Positions 40,010 to 50,139 of a stretch of DNA of 64,000 bases are shown here, piece after piece (positions within the stretch are counted from its first letter, which is position 1; each line of letters starts with the position of its first letter). Below the pieces are notes generated by a model. The model was not told where the DNA came from. It did not search any database and worked only from the letters and a program-made list of their open reading frames with translations. Position numbers and translations under genes: made by a program. Source of the stretch: Candidatus Dormiibacterota bacterium (GTDB taxonomy: Bacteria; Chloroflexota; Dormibacteria; Aeolococcales; Aeolococcaceae). The stretch spans positions 21,364 to 85,363 of the forward strand of contig DATBEL010000066.1 of NCBI GenBank assembly GCA_036276135.1. Reading direction: 5' to 3'.

Positions 40010-42955
40010 TCAGCCGTCTTCGACACCGCGGCCCTCGTCGCACACGGTGCGGTACTCGCAGCGCGGGCACTGCCACGTCGACGGACGGGGCGGGAAGCTG
40101 CCAGAGCTCCAGGCAGCGGCCATGTCACGCGCGGTGACCGAGAGGTACCGGTATGAGGTGTCGAGCTGGTCACGGGTGAACTCGATGCGCGTCACCTCGG
40201 CGGTCTGCAGGTGGTGCAGCTCGACCGCCACCTCGTCGGTGCGATCTCTGCGTGACAGCGCGACGGCGTAGGCGCGCACCTGGATGTCCTTGCGCAGCCG
40301 CTCCTCGTCGCGGGGCGGCCCGGTCTTGTAGTCGACGACGGTGGCCGCGCCGGCTGCGCTCGCATCGAGCCTGTCCCAACGGCCATGGACGTCGGCGTGG
40401 TCCAGCGCCAGGCTGAACGTCTGCTCGACGGCTGTCACCTCGGCGGCGCGCCACGCGTTCGTGCGCACGTACTGTCGCAGCTGTTGCTCGCCGAGCTCGC
40501 GCAGCTCGGGGTTGCTGCCCTTCGGCCCCCGCGATGCCGCCCACGCGTCGTTCCAGATGGCGGCCACCGCGTCCTCGCTGACGGCCTCGCCGGCCTGGCG
40601 GCGCATGGCGGCGTTCTGCAGCACGGCATGGATGAGCGTGCCGTACCAGCTCTGCAGCGACTCGCGCACCGGCATGTGGTAACGGTGCCGGTACTCGAAG
40701 CGGCGGGGACACTGCTTGAAGACACGGATGTCAGAAACTCCGAGCGAGAGGCGTTCAGCCGTTGGCCGGCCCGCGGCGCGGACCGGGCGGGGATGCAGTG
40801 GGGCGGCGCGGGGAACGTCACGGGCGCGCACCGCGTCGGTGGTGGCCACCGGGGCGAGGAAGGGGGAGGGGGCCTCATCGCGAAAGCTCTGCGGGTAACG
40901 CCGGGCGCGCGACAGCACCAGGCGATCGCGCGCTCGGGTGGCCGCCACGTAGAACAGGCGGCGCTCCTCGTCGACGACCGCATCGCCCGGCGGCGGCAGC
41001 TCCGGCACGAGCGCGCCGGGGAGCGTCAACGCCGACCTCGCCGTCCCGGCGCGTCCCGGCCAGCGCGCCTCGACACAGCTGGTGATGATCACCACCGGCC
41101 ACTCCAGGCCCTTGGCAGAATGAGCGGTGAGCAGGACGACGCCGTCGTCGGCAGCCTCGATGCCGGCGAGCTCGTCGGCGTGACGGCTGTTGCGCAGCAC
41201 GTCGAGGTAGTGCAGCGCGGTGGTCAGTCGCCGGTCGTCGCTCCAGTCGGCAAACGACTCGAGCAGCTCGCCGAACTTGTTGAGGTTGGCGCCGGTCTGC
41301 ATGCGGGCCAGCTCGGCCTGGAGGTCGAGCATGCCGAGGAAGTCGCTCCGCTCGAGAGCCATGTAGAAGATCTCGCGGACATCCTCTCGCCCGCTCATCG
41401 CGTGCAACGCCTCGATGTCGGCGATGCAGCGCGCAGCGCCGGCGGAGTCGTGCGCGTCCAGCCCGCAGCCATCCCCGTCGCGAAGCACAGCGAGCAGTGG
41501 CGTGTCGTGCTCACCGCACAGCTGCACAAGTGCCAGCCGGCCGCGGTTGCTGACCTTCCACGATGGCATCTGCAGGCAGCGCAGCAGTGCCTGCGAGTCG
41601 GACGGGTCGGCGGCGGCACTGAGGAGGGCGAGGGTGTCCTTGATCTCCGGCTGCGTGAAGAAACCGCGACCGCCCTGCACCTGGTAGGGGACGCCGACCT
41701 CGCGGAGCGCGCCGACCGCGGCACGCATGTCGGCGTGGCGGCGGAAGAGCCACGCAATGTCCGCCGCGCGCACACCGGCGTCGATCAGCAGCCGGCACTC
41801 CGCCGCGACGCCGAGCACCTCACTGCGCTCGTCGGCGGCCTCCCACAGCTCCACGGCATCGCCGTCACCACGGTCGGCCACCAGGGTCTTGGCGATGCGC
41901 GACGCGGGGTTGGCGGCACCGATCACCGCCTGCGACGCAGCGACGATCGGGGCGGTGCTGCGGTAGTTGTGCGACAGCGTGATGCCGGCATGCTCGGGGT
42001 AGATGCGCGAGAAGCGATCGAGGTTGGCGAGGCTGGCCCCGCGGAACTTGTAGATCGCCTGGTCGTCGTCGGCGACGACCAGGATGTTGCGATGGGACGC
42101 CACCAGCGTCTCGACCAACCGCGCCTGGGCATGGTTGGTGTCCTGGTACTCGTCGACCATGACGTACTCGATGGCGTCGCACACCGCGTGGCGCGGCGCG
42201 TCGTGCTCGCGCAGGAGCTGTTCGGCGCGAAGGATGGTGTCGTCGTGGTCGAGGACCGCATGACGCAGGTAGCGCTCGTCGAGCGCCGCGTACACGGCGG
42301 CGACCTCAGCCTGGCGTTCGAGCAGGGCGCGCTCGGCGGGGTCGTCGCAGCTGGCCAGCTCCGCCTGCGCCCACTGCGCGTACTGCGCCGGCGTCACCAG
42401 CTCCTGCTTCGCCTTGCCGATGATGTCGAGGATCGAGTCGACCAGGTCGTGGGGGCGGAGTGGGTTCCAGAGCGTGCGCGGCCTGAGCTCGGCCAGCACC
42501 GCCTCGAGGTGCAGCCAGCGTTCGGCCTCGTCGGCGATGCGAAACGCCGGGGAGATTCCCGCCAGCCAGCCCCACTCCCGCACCAGCCGCCCCGCGAATG
42601 AGTGGTAGTTGCTGAGCGGTGGCTCGCCGGCGAACGGGCCATGCCCCTCCTCCGCGCGCGAACGCATCTCGCCGGCGGCCTTGCGCGTGTAGGTGAGCAC
42701 CAGCTGCTGCGCCGGGCCGACTCCCTCTCCGACCAGCGCAAGGAACCGCTCCACGATGACGCGCGTCTTGCCGCTCCCCGGCCCGGCGAGCACCAGGCAG
42801 GGACCCTGGCGGTGCGCGACCGCGGCACGCTGGTCGGGGTCGAGGTCGGGCCTCACAACAGGATCCTCGAGCGATGGCAGGCGAACGGATGTACGCCGTG
42901 ACCCACAAGGGTACACCCGCGCGGGCGACCACCGCGCGGCCGTTCGCGAGAACAT
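40010..42955 (-). CDS. UvrD/REP-family SF1 DNA helicase fused to a C-terminal RecB/Cas4-like PD-(D/E)xK nuclease with a 4-Cys cluster (single-chain helicase-nuclease)
   Basis: The UvrD N-terminus is present (DPDQRAAVAHRQGPCLVLAGPGSGKTRVIVERF), with helicase motifs through LLTAHSAKGLEWPVVII and VAATRARDRL. The C-terminal nuclease carries CPRRFEY, GTLIH, VVDYKTG, QVRAYA and QCPRCEYRTVC. The ORF-track start at 43528 overlaps the divergent hydratase gene. The real start is probably the ATG at 42955 or the GTG near 42856 (VRPDLDPDQ...), which has a GAGGA ribosome-binding site. Confidence 0.8.
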   Translation of the reverse strand: MFSRTAARWSPARVYPCGSRRTSVRLPSLEDPVVRPDLDPDQRAAVAHRQGPCLVLAGPGSGKTRVIVERFLALVGEGVGPAQQLVLTYTRKAAGEMRSRAEEGHGPFAGEPPLSNYHSFAGRLVREWGWLAGISPAFRIADEAERWLHLEAVLAELRPRTLWNPLRPHDLVDSILDIIGKAKQELVTPAQYAQWAQAELASCDDPAERALLERQAEVAAVYAALDERYLRHAVLDHDDTILRAEQLLREHDAPRHAVCDAIEYVMVDEYQDTNHAQARLVETLVASHRNILVVADDDQAIYKFRGASLANLDRFSRIYPEHAGITLSHNYRSTAPIVAASQAVIGAANPASRIAKTLVADRGDGDAVELWEAADERSEVLGVAAECRLLIDAGVRAADIAWLFRRHADMRAAVGALREVGVPYQVQGGRGFFTQPEIKDTLALLSAAADPSDSQALLRCLQMPSWKVSNRGRLALVQLCGEHDTPLLAVLRDGDGCGLDAHDSAGAARCIADIEALHAMSGREDVREIFYMALERSDFLGMLDLQAELARMQTGANLNKFGELLESFADWSDDRRLTTALHYLDVLRNSRHADELAGIEAADDGVVLLTAHSAKGLEWPVVIITSCVEARWPGRAGTARSALTLPGALVPELPPPGDAVVDEERRLFYVAATRARDRLVLSRARRYPQSFRDEAPSPFLAPVATTDAVRARDVPRAAPLHPRPVRAAGRPTAERLSLGVSDIRVFKQCPRRFEYRHRYHMPVRESLQSWYGTLIHAVLQNAAMRRQAGEAVSEDAVAAIWNDAWAASRGPKGSNPELRELGEQQLRQYVRTNAWRAAEVTAVEQTFSLALDHADVHGRWDRLDASAAGAATVVDYKTGPPRDEERLRKDIQVRAYAVALSRRDRTDEVAVELHHLQTAEVTRIEFTRDQLDTSYRYLSVTARDMAAAWSSGSFPPRPSTWQCPRCEYRTVCDEGRGVEDG

Positions 42956-42961
42956 CGCGGC

Positions 42962-43723
42962 ATGACCAAGGTTGTGCAGCGGCGCGACGACGACGTGCTC
43001 ATCGTGACCATCAACCGCCCCGAGGTGCGCAATGCCATCGACGGCGAGACGGCCGAGGCGCTGGCCATCGCGTTCGGCGACTTCGACGCCGACGAGTCGC
43101 TGGCCGTGGCGGTGCTGACCGGGGCAGGCGGGTGCTTCTGCGCCGGGGCTGACCTCCGCGCCGTCGGCGAGCTGCGCGCCGAGGTGGACGGCGACGCACC
43201 GCTGGGTGTCTCGCGATTGACGCTGGGCAAGCCGGTGATCGGCGCCGTCGAGGGTCACGCCGTCGCCGGCGGCCTCGAGCTCGCACTGTGGTGCGACCTT
43301 CGCGTCGCTGCGCGGGGCGCGGTGTTCGGGGTGTTCTGCCGCCGTTTCGGTGTCCCGCTGATGGATGGGGGCACCGTCAGGCTGACGCGAATCGTCGGCC
43401 ACGGCCGGGCGCTCGACATGATCCTCACCGGCCGTGCCGTCGGCGCGGAGGAGGCGCTGCTGATGGGACTCGCCAACCGCCTCGTGCCGGATGGCCACGC
43501 CCTGCCGGAGGCACTGCGGCTCGCGCACCAGCTGGCCGCCCTCCCCCAGAGGTGCATGCGCAGCGATCGCATGTCCGTGTACGAGCAGTGGTCAGCGTCG
43601 ACCGCCGACGCCCTCGTCAACGAAACCCGGCGCGGCATCGCGGTCCTCAACAGCGGCGAGACCGCCGAGGGTGCGCAGCGATTCACCGCCGGTGAGGGAC
43701 GCCACGGACGCGCGATGAGCTGA
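42962..43723 (+). CDS. Enoyl-CoA hydratase/isomerase (crotonase) family protein
   Basis: The crotonase fold is present (LIVTINRPEVRNAID ... AVEGHAVAGGLELALWCDLRVA). Confidence 0.8.
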   Translation: MTKVVQRRDDDVLIVTINRPEVRNAIDGETAEALAIAFGDFDADESLAVAVLTGAGGCFCAGADLRAVGELRAEVDGDAPLGVSRLTLGKPVIGAVEGHAVAGGLELALWCDLRVAARGAVFGVFCRRFGVPLMDGGTVRLTRIVGHGRALDMILTGRAVGAEEALLMGLANRLVPDGHALPEALRLAHQLAALPQRCMRSDRMSVYEQWSASTADALVNETRRGIAVLNSGETAEGAQRFTAGEGRHGRAMS

Positions 43724-43755
43724 CGGCGCGCATCCCACGACAGGCGTCCCCCCCG

Positions 43756-45066
43756 ATGTGGCAGCGTGATGGTGTGGACGCGTTCGACACGCCGGTGACG
43801 TATCGCGGCCTCTTCGCCGTGCCCGGCTTCCGCCGCGTTGCCGCCGCCACGGTGGTGGCCCGGACCGGAGCAGCGATGCAGGCGCTCGTCCTGGTGCTCT
43901 TCGTGCTGGCGCGCTTCCACTCACCACCGCTGGCCGGGGTGGTCGTGTTCCTGAGCATCGTTCCCGGCCTCCTGCTCAGCCCGGTGGCCGGCGCCCTGCT
44001 CGACCGGCACCGGCGGATGCTGCTGATCGGCCTCGACTACGCCATCGCCGCCACCGTGCTCGCCCTCATCGCCTCGCTCGATGCGGCCGGCCACCTTCCC
44101 GCCGCCGCGCTCCTGGTGGTCGTGGCCGTGGGTTCGCTCACCAACCCGCTGAGCAACTCCGGCACGCGCTCGCTGTTCCCGGTGATGGTGCCGCGCCGGC
44201 TCTGGGAAAGGGCCAACGCCGTGGACAGTGGCGGCTACGTCGTCGCGTCCATCGCCGGGCCGGGCATCGCCGGCGTGCTGCTCGGCCTGGTCGGTGCCCG
44301 CGGGGCACTGCTGGCCACCGCCGCGCTGTACGCCGCCGCCCTGCTCCTCCTGCTCGGCATCGGTGAGCCCGACTTCGAGCGCATGGCCACCGCATCACTT
44401 GCCGGTGACGCGCTCGCCGGCCTCCGCTATGTGCTGCACCATCGTGAGCTCCGTGGCATCGCCGTCGCCACCGCGGTGTCCAACATCGCGTTCGGCATCA
44501 TCAGCGTCGGCATGCCGGTGCTGGTGCTGTCCTCGCTCCATGGCGGGGACGCCGAGGTGGGCGCGATGTACGCCGTGACGGGGGTGGCCGGGCTGCTCGC
44601 GAGCGTGCTCACCGGTCGCATCTCCTCGGAGGACCGCGAGGTGTGGTTCATCGTGGCCGGGTGCGCGCTCGGCGCGCTGGGCATGCTTACCATGGTCCTG
44701 GCCTCCGCCGTGGGCGGCGGTCTTGCCGTCGTCGCTGCCGCGATGGTGTTCTACGGGGTTTCCCAGGGTCCCTACGACATCGGGATGTTCTCGCTGCGAC
44801 AGCGCGTCACCGCGCCCTCCTGGATGGGACGGGCCTTCGCGGTGTCGATGAGCCTCAACTTCATCGGCATGCCGATCGGTTCGGCCATCGCCGGACCGGT
44901 GGTGCAGCACAGCATTTCCATCGCCTTCGGCATCGCCGTGCTGGTCGACGTCATCGCCGGCGTGGCCGCGGTGGCGATGCTCCGGCCATCCCGCCGCGGG
45001 CGCGCACGCCGCGGCGACGGCACTGCAGGGGTGCAGCCGGGGACCGCAGTCACCAGTGGTCGCTGA
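43756..45066 (+). CDS. MFS transporter
   Basis: Twelve predicted TM helices and an MFS signature between TM2 and TM3 (LLDRHRRMLLIG) are present. Confidence 0.75.
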   Translation: MWQRDGVDAFDTPVTYRGLFAVPGFRRVAAATVVARTGAAMQALVLVLFVLARFHSPPLAGVVVFLSIVPGLLLSPVAGALLDRHRRMLLIGLDYAIAATVLALIASLDAAGHLPAAALLVVVAVGSLTNPLSNSGTRSLFPVMVPRRLWERANAVDSGGYVVASIAGPGIAGVLLGLVGARGALLATAALYAAALLLLLGIGEPDFERMATASLAGDALAGLRYVLHHRELRGIAVATAVSNIAFGIISVGMPVLVLSSLHGGDAEVGAMYAVTGVAGLLASVLTGRISSEDREVWFIVAGCALGALGMLTMVLASAVGGGLAVVAAAMVFYGVSQGPYDIGMFSLRQRVTAPSWMGRAFAVSMSLNFIGMPIGSAIAGPVVQHSISIAFGIAVLVDVIAGVAAVAMLRPSRRGRARRGDGTAGVQPGTAVTSGR

Positions 45067-45179
45067 GTGCGCTGAGGGACGGCCGTCGCGGGCTCCGAGT
45101 ACCATTGCAGCCAGAACGACCTTGTCTCTGATTGATTCCTGCTGCCCATCGGGCGGCCCGAAGGAGGTGATTCCCGACC

Positions 45180-45362
45180 GTGTCGGAGGTCAAAGTCCGC
45201 GAGGGCGAGACCTTTGAGAGCGCTCTGCGACGCTTCAACAAGAAGATCAAGCAGAACGGCATCCTCTCGGAGGTGCGCCGCCGCGAGCACTACGAAAAGC
45301 CCTCGGTCCGCCGCAAGCGCAAGCTCGTCGCCGCCAAGAAGCGTCGCGCCAAGGCCGGCTGA
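45180..45362 (+). CDS. rpsU: 30S ribosomal protein S21
   Basis: The protein [48 protein letters not shown] is a near-canonical S21. A strong AAGGAGGTGA ribosome-binding site precedes the GTG start. Confidence 0.9.
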   Translation: MSEVKVREGETFESALRRFNKKIKQNGILSEVRRREHYEKPSVRRKRKLVAAKKRRAKAG

Positions 45363-45380
45363 CCCAGCTGTCGCGAGCAG

Positions 45381-45420
45381 CCCCACGCGTCGCACCGCGC
45401 CCGCGTGGGGCTTGCTGTGC
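45381..45420 (+). terminator. Terminator-like hairpin after rpsU
   Basis: A 10-bp perfect stem GCCCCACGCG/CGCGTGGGGC with a 12-nt loop is followed by the U-rich stretch TTGCTGTG. Confidence 0.45.
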
Positions 45421-45450
45421 ACAGGCGACGGTTGTTCATTCCCATCCTTC

Positions 45451-45900
45451 ATGCGCGTGACCATCCGGCGTGCCGAGACCGTCACCCTCGCGGGACAACG
45501 CGAGGCGATTCGGCGCGCCCAGCTGGGTCCGGTGCTGCGTCGTTGTGGGGACGCTCTCGACGTCGGCCCCAGGGTGACGCTGACCGTCCGGCTCACCGAT
45601 GACGCCGAGCTGCGCGACCTCAACGCCCGTTTCCTGAGCAGCGACGCGGCCACCGACGTGCTCGCCTTCCCGTCGGACGACTCCGACCGTGTCGGTGACA
45701 TCGCCATCAGCGTGGAGCGCGCGCTGGTCCAGGGCGGCGACGACGGCGCGTCCGAGCTTCAGCTGCTCGCCGTCCATGGGCTGCTCCATTGCCTCGGCCA
45801 CGATCACGCCCAGCCGGCCGAGGCGGCGGCGATGACCGACGCCACCCGCCGGCTTCTCCCGGGCATCGCGGTGCCCGACCTGACTGCGGGAGAGGCGTGA
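45451..45900 (+). CDS. ybeY: rRNA maturation endoribonuclease YbeY
   Basis: The zinc motif HGLLHCLGHDH is present, along with the TDDAELRDLNARFL region. The ATG at 45451 was chosen inside the longer ORF-track ORF. Confidence 0.85.
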   Translation: MRVTIRRAETVTLAGQREAIRRAQLGPVLRRCGDALDVGPRVTLTVRLTDDAELRDLNARFLSSDAATDVLAFPSDDSDRVGDIAISVERALVQGGDDGASELQLLAVHGLLHCLGHDHAQPAEAAAMTDATRRLLPGIAVPDLTAGEA

Positions 45901-45901
45901 G

Positions 45902-46477
45902 GTGGCCGCACTGGTCCTCGGCCTCGGCAACCCCGGCGGCGAGTACCGCGGCACGCGGCACAACGTCGGCTGGATGGCGCTCGACGATCTCGAGGAGCGC
46001 GGACGCTTCGGCCGCCAGCGTCGCGAGGGCCCGGCGAAGGTCCGCGAGGGCGCCATCGACGGCTACGACATGGTGACCGCCCGGCCGCAGACGTACATGA
46101 ACGTGTCCGGTCGTGCCGCGGTGCACCTGCTGCGCAAGTACGGGGTGCCAACGGAGGACCTGATCGTTGTTCACGACGACGTGGACCTGCCGCTGGGCCG
46201 GATCAGGCTGAAGCGAGGCGGGGGCGCGGCCGGCCAGAAGGGGGTGCTGTCCATCGCCGACGCGCTGCGCACCCAGGAATTCATGCGCGTGCGCATCGGC
46301 GTGTCGCGTCCGCTGGAACGCGACCAGATGGTCGACTACGTCCTCGATCGTTTCACGCCCGACGAACGCGAGCGGCTGCGCCTGGTCATCCCGCGCGCCG
46401 CGGACGCGGTCGTCGCCCTGGTGCGCAACGGCCTCGACAGCGCCATGAGTGAGTACAACCGTGCCCCTGACGACTGA
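45902..46477 (+). CDS. pth: Peptidyl-tRNA hydrolase
   Basis: The N-terminus LVLGLGNPGGEYRGTRHNVGW and the MNVSGRA motif match Pth. Confidence 0.85.
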   Translation: MAALVLGLGNPGGEYRGTRHNVGWMALDDLEERGRFGRQRREGPAKVREGAIDGYDMVTARPQTYMNVSGRAAVHLLRKYGVPTEDLIVVHDDVDLPLGRIRLKRGGGAAGQKGVLSIADALRTQEFMRVRIGVSRPLERDQMVDYVLDRFTPDERERLRLVIPRAADAVVALVRNGLDSAMSEYNRAPDD

Positions 46478-49400
46478 CGTGGCCACGCTCCGCTCGCGGC
46501 TGGACGGCGTTGCGGCGCTGAGGGCGCTGCGCGACCTGGAGCGAGGTGTCGTCGGCGGCGTGCCCGGCGGAGCCGTGGCGCTGGTCGCGTGGTGGCTGCG
46601 TGAGGTCACCGGTTGCGCGGTGGTGCTGGTGGGAGCCAACGCCGAGTCGCTCAGCAGCGATGCGGCGTTGTGGGGCGGCACCGCGGCGCTCGGCCTGTTC
46701 CCCGCCGCCGACACTCCGCCGTTCGACCGCGTCCCGCCGTCCGAGGAGGTCACCCGCCGCCGCCTGGCGTCGCTGACCATGCTCGCGAGCCCTGGCGTGC
46801 CGCTGATCGTCGCCTCGCCTGCCGGGTTGCTCCGGCCGGCGCTGCCGGTGGACCTCGTCCGCGGCGAGTCGATGCGCCTGCGCAGCGGGGAGCAACACTC
46901 GCGTGACGACTTCATCCGCCGCGCCGTCGACCTCGGCTACCGCCGGGTCAGCGCGGTCTCGGGCCCCGGTGAGATCGCGGTCCGCGGCGGCATCGTCGAC
47001 GTCTTCGGGCTCGACCGCGCCCGGCCCTGGCGCGCGGAGTGGTTCGGTGACCAGGTCGACGAGCTACGCGCCTTCGACGTGGAGACACAGACGTCGGTGG
47101 CCAAGCTCGCCGAGGTGGCAATCTGGCCGGCGCGCGAGCTCGACCTCCGCGCCGCCACCGTGGATCGCGCGCTCACCGCCGTCGACCTGCTCGATGTGTC
47201 GTCCTGCCGCCCCGAGGTGCGCGAGGCGTGGGAGCGAGACCGGGCTCAGCTCGGCGAGGGCGTCTACGACGAGGGTGTCGACCTGTTCTATCCATACCTG
47301 GTCGGCGACAATCCCGCGACCCTCCTCGACCACGCCGGCGACGACGCCATCGTGCTGCTGGCCGGTGGTCGAGAGGCGTTCCTGCGCGCGGCGCAGCGGC
47401 ACGCCGACGAGATCGAGGGTCTGCGCACCCAGGAGGAGGAGCGCGGCGAGCTGCCCGCCGGCGCGCGCGCCGGGCTGCTCGCCCCGGAGCAGCTCCTCAC
47501 GGCCCTCGAGCGTCGTCGCTGCATCGAGCTGCTGCGCGAGCCCGACGGCGACGCGGTCCTCGACTGGCGCGGCGTCGACGGCTTCGTCGGCCGGATGAGC
47601 GCATTCAGCGGTGCGGTGCGGGCGCGGATGGTGGCCGGCGCCGGTGTCCTCGTGGTCAGCCGCCAGCAACATCGCGTCGAGGAGCTGGTGCGCGAGGACG
47701 GGCTCGACCCCGTGGATGTCGACGAGCTGGACGCCGCCGCCACCGAGGTGCCGGCGGGCGCCCTGGCGGTGACCGGCGGCGACCTGTCGCAGGGGTTCTC
47801 CGCGGGCGACGCCGGCTTCGACGTCTACACCGACCACGAGCTCTTCGGCGTGGTCAAGCGCCGCGGCTCGCCGCTGGCGCGCGGCGCTCGCCGCGCCGAG
47901 TCCACGTCGGCGCGCGGCGCCCGCCGGGCCGCATCGGGGAGCAGCGCGCACACCGCGTTCGTGATGCAGTTCGCGCCCGGTGACGTGGTCGTGCACCGTG
48001 ACCACGGCATCGGCCGCTTCCTCGAGATGCGCACCGTGAGCGACGCCCTCGGCGAGCACGAGTACATGACCATCGAATACGCCGACGGCGACAAGCTCTT
48101 CGTCCCCGTCGACCACCTCGACAGGGTCGACCGCTACGTGGGCGGCGCGGATTCCAATCCCCACCTCTCACGGCTCGGCAGTGGTGAGTGGGAGCGGGTC
48201 AAGCGCCGCGTCAAGGAGCGCACCGAGGAGGTGGCGCGCGAGCTGCTGACGCTGTACTCGCGGCGCGAGATGGCCCACGGACATGCGTTCACCCCTGACG
48301 GCACCTGGCAGCGGGAGCTCGAGGAGTCGTTCCCCTACCAGGAGACTCCCGACCAGGAGATGGTGCTGGACGAGATCAAGCGCGACATGGAGTCGTCGCG
48401 GCCGATGGACCGGGTGGTCTGCGGTGACGTCGGCTTCGGCAAGACCGAGCTCGCCCTGCGCGCGGCGTTCAAAGCGGCCAGCGAGGGCCGGCAGGTGGCT
48501 GTTCTGGTCCCGACCACTGTCCTCGCCCAGCAGCACTTCCTGACCTTCACCGAACGGCTCCTGCCGTTCCCGATCACGGTGCGCCAGCTCTCGCGATTCT
48601 GCAGCGACGCCGACATCGCGGCCACCCTGACCGGTCTGCGCAGCGGCGCCGTGGACATCGTCGTCGGCACCCACCGCCTGCTTCAGCGCGACGTCGAGTT
48701 CAGCAACCTCGGCCTGGTCATCATCGACGAGGAGCAGCGGTTCGGCGTCCTGCAGAAGGAGCGGTTCAAGTCGCTTCGCGTGGCCGTCGATGTGCTCTCG
48801 CTGTCGGCCACGCCGATACCGCGAACCCTGCACATGTCGCTCGCCGGCATCCGCGACCTCTCGGTGATCCAGACGCCCCCCGAGGAGCGGCAGCCGATCA
48901 AGACGTACGTGACCGCGCGCGAGGCGTCGCTGGTGCGTGAGGTGATCACCCGCGAGCTGGCTCGCGGAGGCCAGGTGTTCTTCCTGCACAACCGCGTCCA
49001 GACCATCGAGAAGCACGCCGAGGAGCTGCGCGAGCTCGTCCCGGAGGCGCGCATCGCGGTCGGCCACGGTCAGATGCCCGAGCACGCGCTCGCCGCGGTG
49101 ATGCGCGCGTTCGGTGACGGTGAGATCGACGTGCTGGTGTGCACCACCATCATCGAGTCGGGCCTCGACATCCCCAACGCCAACACCATCGTCATCAATG
49201 ACGCGCACCGCCTCGGACTGGCGCAGCTCTATCAGCTGCGCGGCCGCGTCGGCCGCGCCGGGCAGCGGGCGTACGCCTACCTTCTCTATCCACCGGACAG
49301 GTCGCTCACCGAGAAGGCGGACAAGCGGCTCGACGTCATCGGCGAGCTGCAGGACCTCGGCGCCGGCTTCAAGCTGGCCATGCACGACCTCGAGATCCGC

Positions 49401-49985
49401 GGCGCCGGCAACCTCCTCGGTGAGGAGCAACACGGCGAGATCGCAGCCGTCGGCCTCGAGCTCTACAACACGTTGTTGCGCCAGGCGGTGACCGCGCTGC
49501 AGGGCAAGCCGATCCTCGAGTCGCCCGCCCAGGTGAGCGTGTCGCTCCCGGTCAAGGCCTTCCTCCCGGTCACCTACGTGACCGATGAGCGGCTGCGCCT
49601 GCGCTGTTACCAGGACCTGGCGGCGTGCGCGACCGAGAGTGACCTCGAGCGGTCAGCCCGCGGCCTGGTCGATCGGTTCGGACCGCTGCCGGACGCTGCG
49701 GAGGCGCTCGTCTACTCGCTGCGGTGTCGGTTGCTGGCCGCCGCCGGCGGCGTCACGGCGGTGGAGTCGGGCGCCGGCGGGGTGCGCGTCCAGCTCGCGC
49801 TCGACCACGGGCTCGACCTGCCCGCGCTGGTCAGCCAGTGGTCAACGCAGGCATCGGCGACGGCGACGCGCATCGTGGTGACCACGGAGCCGGTGCGCCG
49901 CGGCATCGCCTGGCGCGACGTGCTCCTCGGAGTCCTCCGCGAGCTCGGTCGCCTGCAGAGGGTGCGCGCCCGGGTGGCCGTGTAG
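46449..49985 (+). CDS. mfd: Transcription-repair coupling factor Mfd
   Basis: At about 1178 aa, the protein has a UvrB-homology N-terminus, an RNAP-interaction domain, SF2 helicase motifs (VCGDVGFGKTELALRAAFKA, DEEQRFG) and a TRG motif region. Confidence 0.9.
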   Translation: MSTTVPLTTDVATLRSRLDGVAALRALRDLERGVVGGVPGGAVALVAWWLREVTGCAVVLVGANAESLSSDAALWGGTAALGLFPAADTPPFDRVPPSEEVTRRRLASLTMLASPGVPLIVASPAGLLRPALPVDLVRGESMRLRSGEQHSRDDFIRRAVDLGYRRVSAVSGPGEIAVRGGIVDVFGLDRARPWRAEWFGDQVDELRAFDVETQTSVAKLAEVAIWPARELDLRAATVDRALTAVDLLDVSSCRPEVREAWERDRAQLGEGVYDEGVDLFYPYLVGDNPATLLDHAGDDAIVLLAGGREAFLRAAQRHADEIEGLRTQEEERGELPAGARAGLLAPEQLLTALERRRCIELLREPDGDAVLDWRGVDGFVGRMSAFSGAVRARMVAGAGVLVVSRQQHRVEELVREDGLDPVDVDELDAAATEVPAGALAVTGGDLSQGFSAGDAGFDVYTDHELFGVVKRRGSPLARGARRAESTSARGARRAASGSSAHTAFVMQFAPGDVVVHRDHGIGRFLEMRTVSDALGEHEYMTIEYADGDKLFVPVDHLDRVDRYVGGADSNPHLSRLGSGEWERVKRRVKERTEEVARELLTLYSRREMAHGHAFTPDGTWQRELEESFPYQETPDQEMVLDEIKRDMESSRPMDRVVCGDVGFGKTELALRAAFKAASEGRQVAVLVPTTVLAQQHFLTFTERLLPFPITVRQLSRFCSDADIAATLTGLRSGAVDIVVGTHRLLQRDVEFSNLGLVIIDEEQRFGVLQKERFKSLRVAVDVLSLSATPIPRTLHMSLAGIRDLSVIQTPPEERQPIKTYVTAREASLVREVITRELARGGQVFFLHNRVQTIEKHAEELRELVPEARIAVGHGQMPEHALAAVMRAFGDGEIDVLVCTTIIESGLDIPNANTIVINDAHRLGLAQLYQLRGRVGRAGQRAYAYLLYPPDRSLTEKADKRLDVIGELQDLGAGFKLAMHDLEIRGAGNLLGEEQHGEIAAVGLELYNTLLRQAVTALQGKPILESPAQVSVSLPVKAFLPVTYVTDERLRLRCYQDLAACATESDLERSARGLVDRFGPLPDAAEALVYSLRCRLLAAAGGVTAVESGAGGVRVQLALDHGLDLPALVSQWSTQASATATRIVVTTEPVRRGIAWRDVLLGVLRELGRLQRVRARVAV

Positions 49986-50139
49986 GCGCTCCGGCGCGGC
50001 GATCAGGACGCTGCCGGCAGTGTCAACAGGAACCCGCTGCCCGTCTGCGCGGTGCTCGACTTTGCCACAACGCCGTTATCAGGTGCCGGCCTGCGTAGCA
50101 TCGCATCAGTGCCCACTCGCTGCGTACTCTGTGGGCAGG

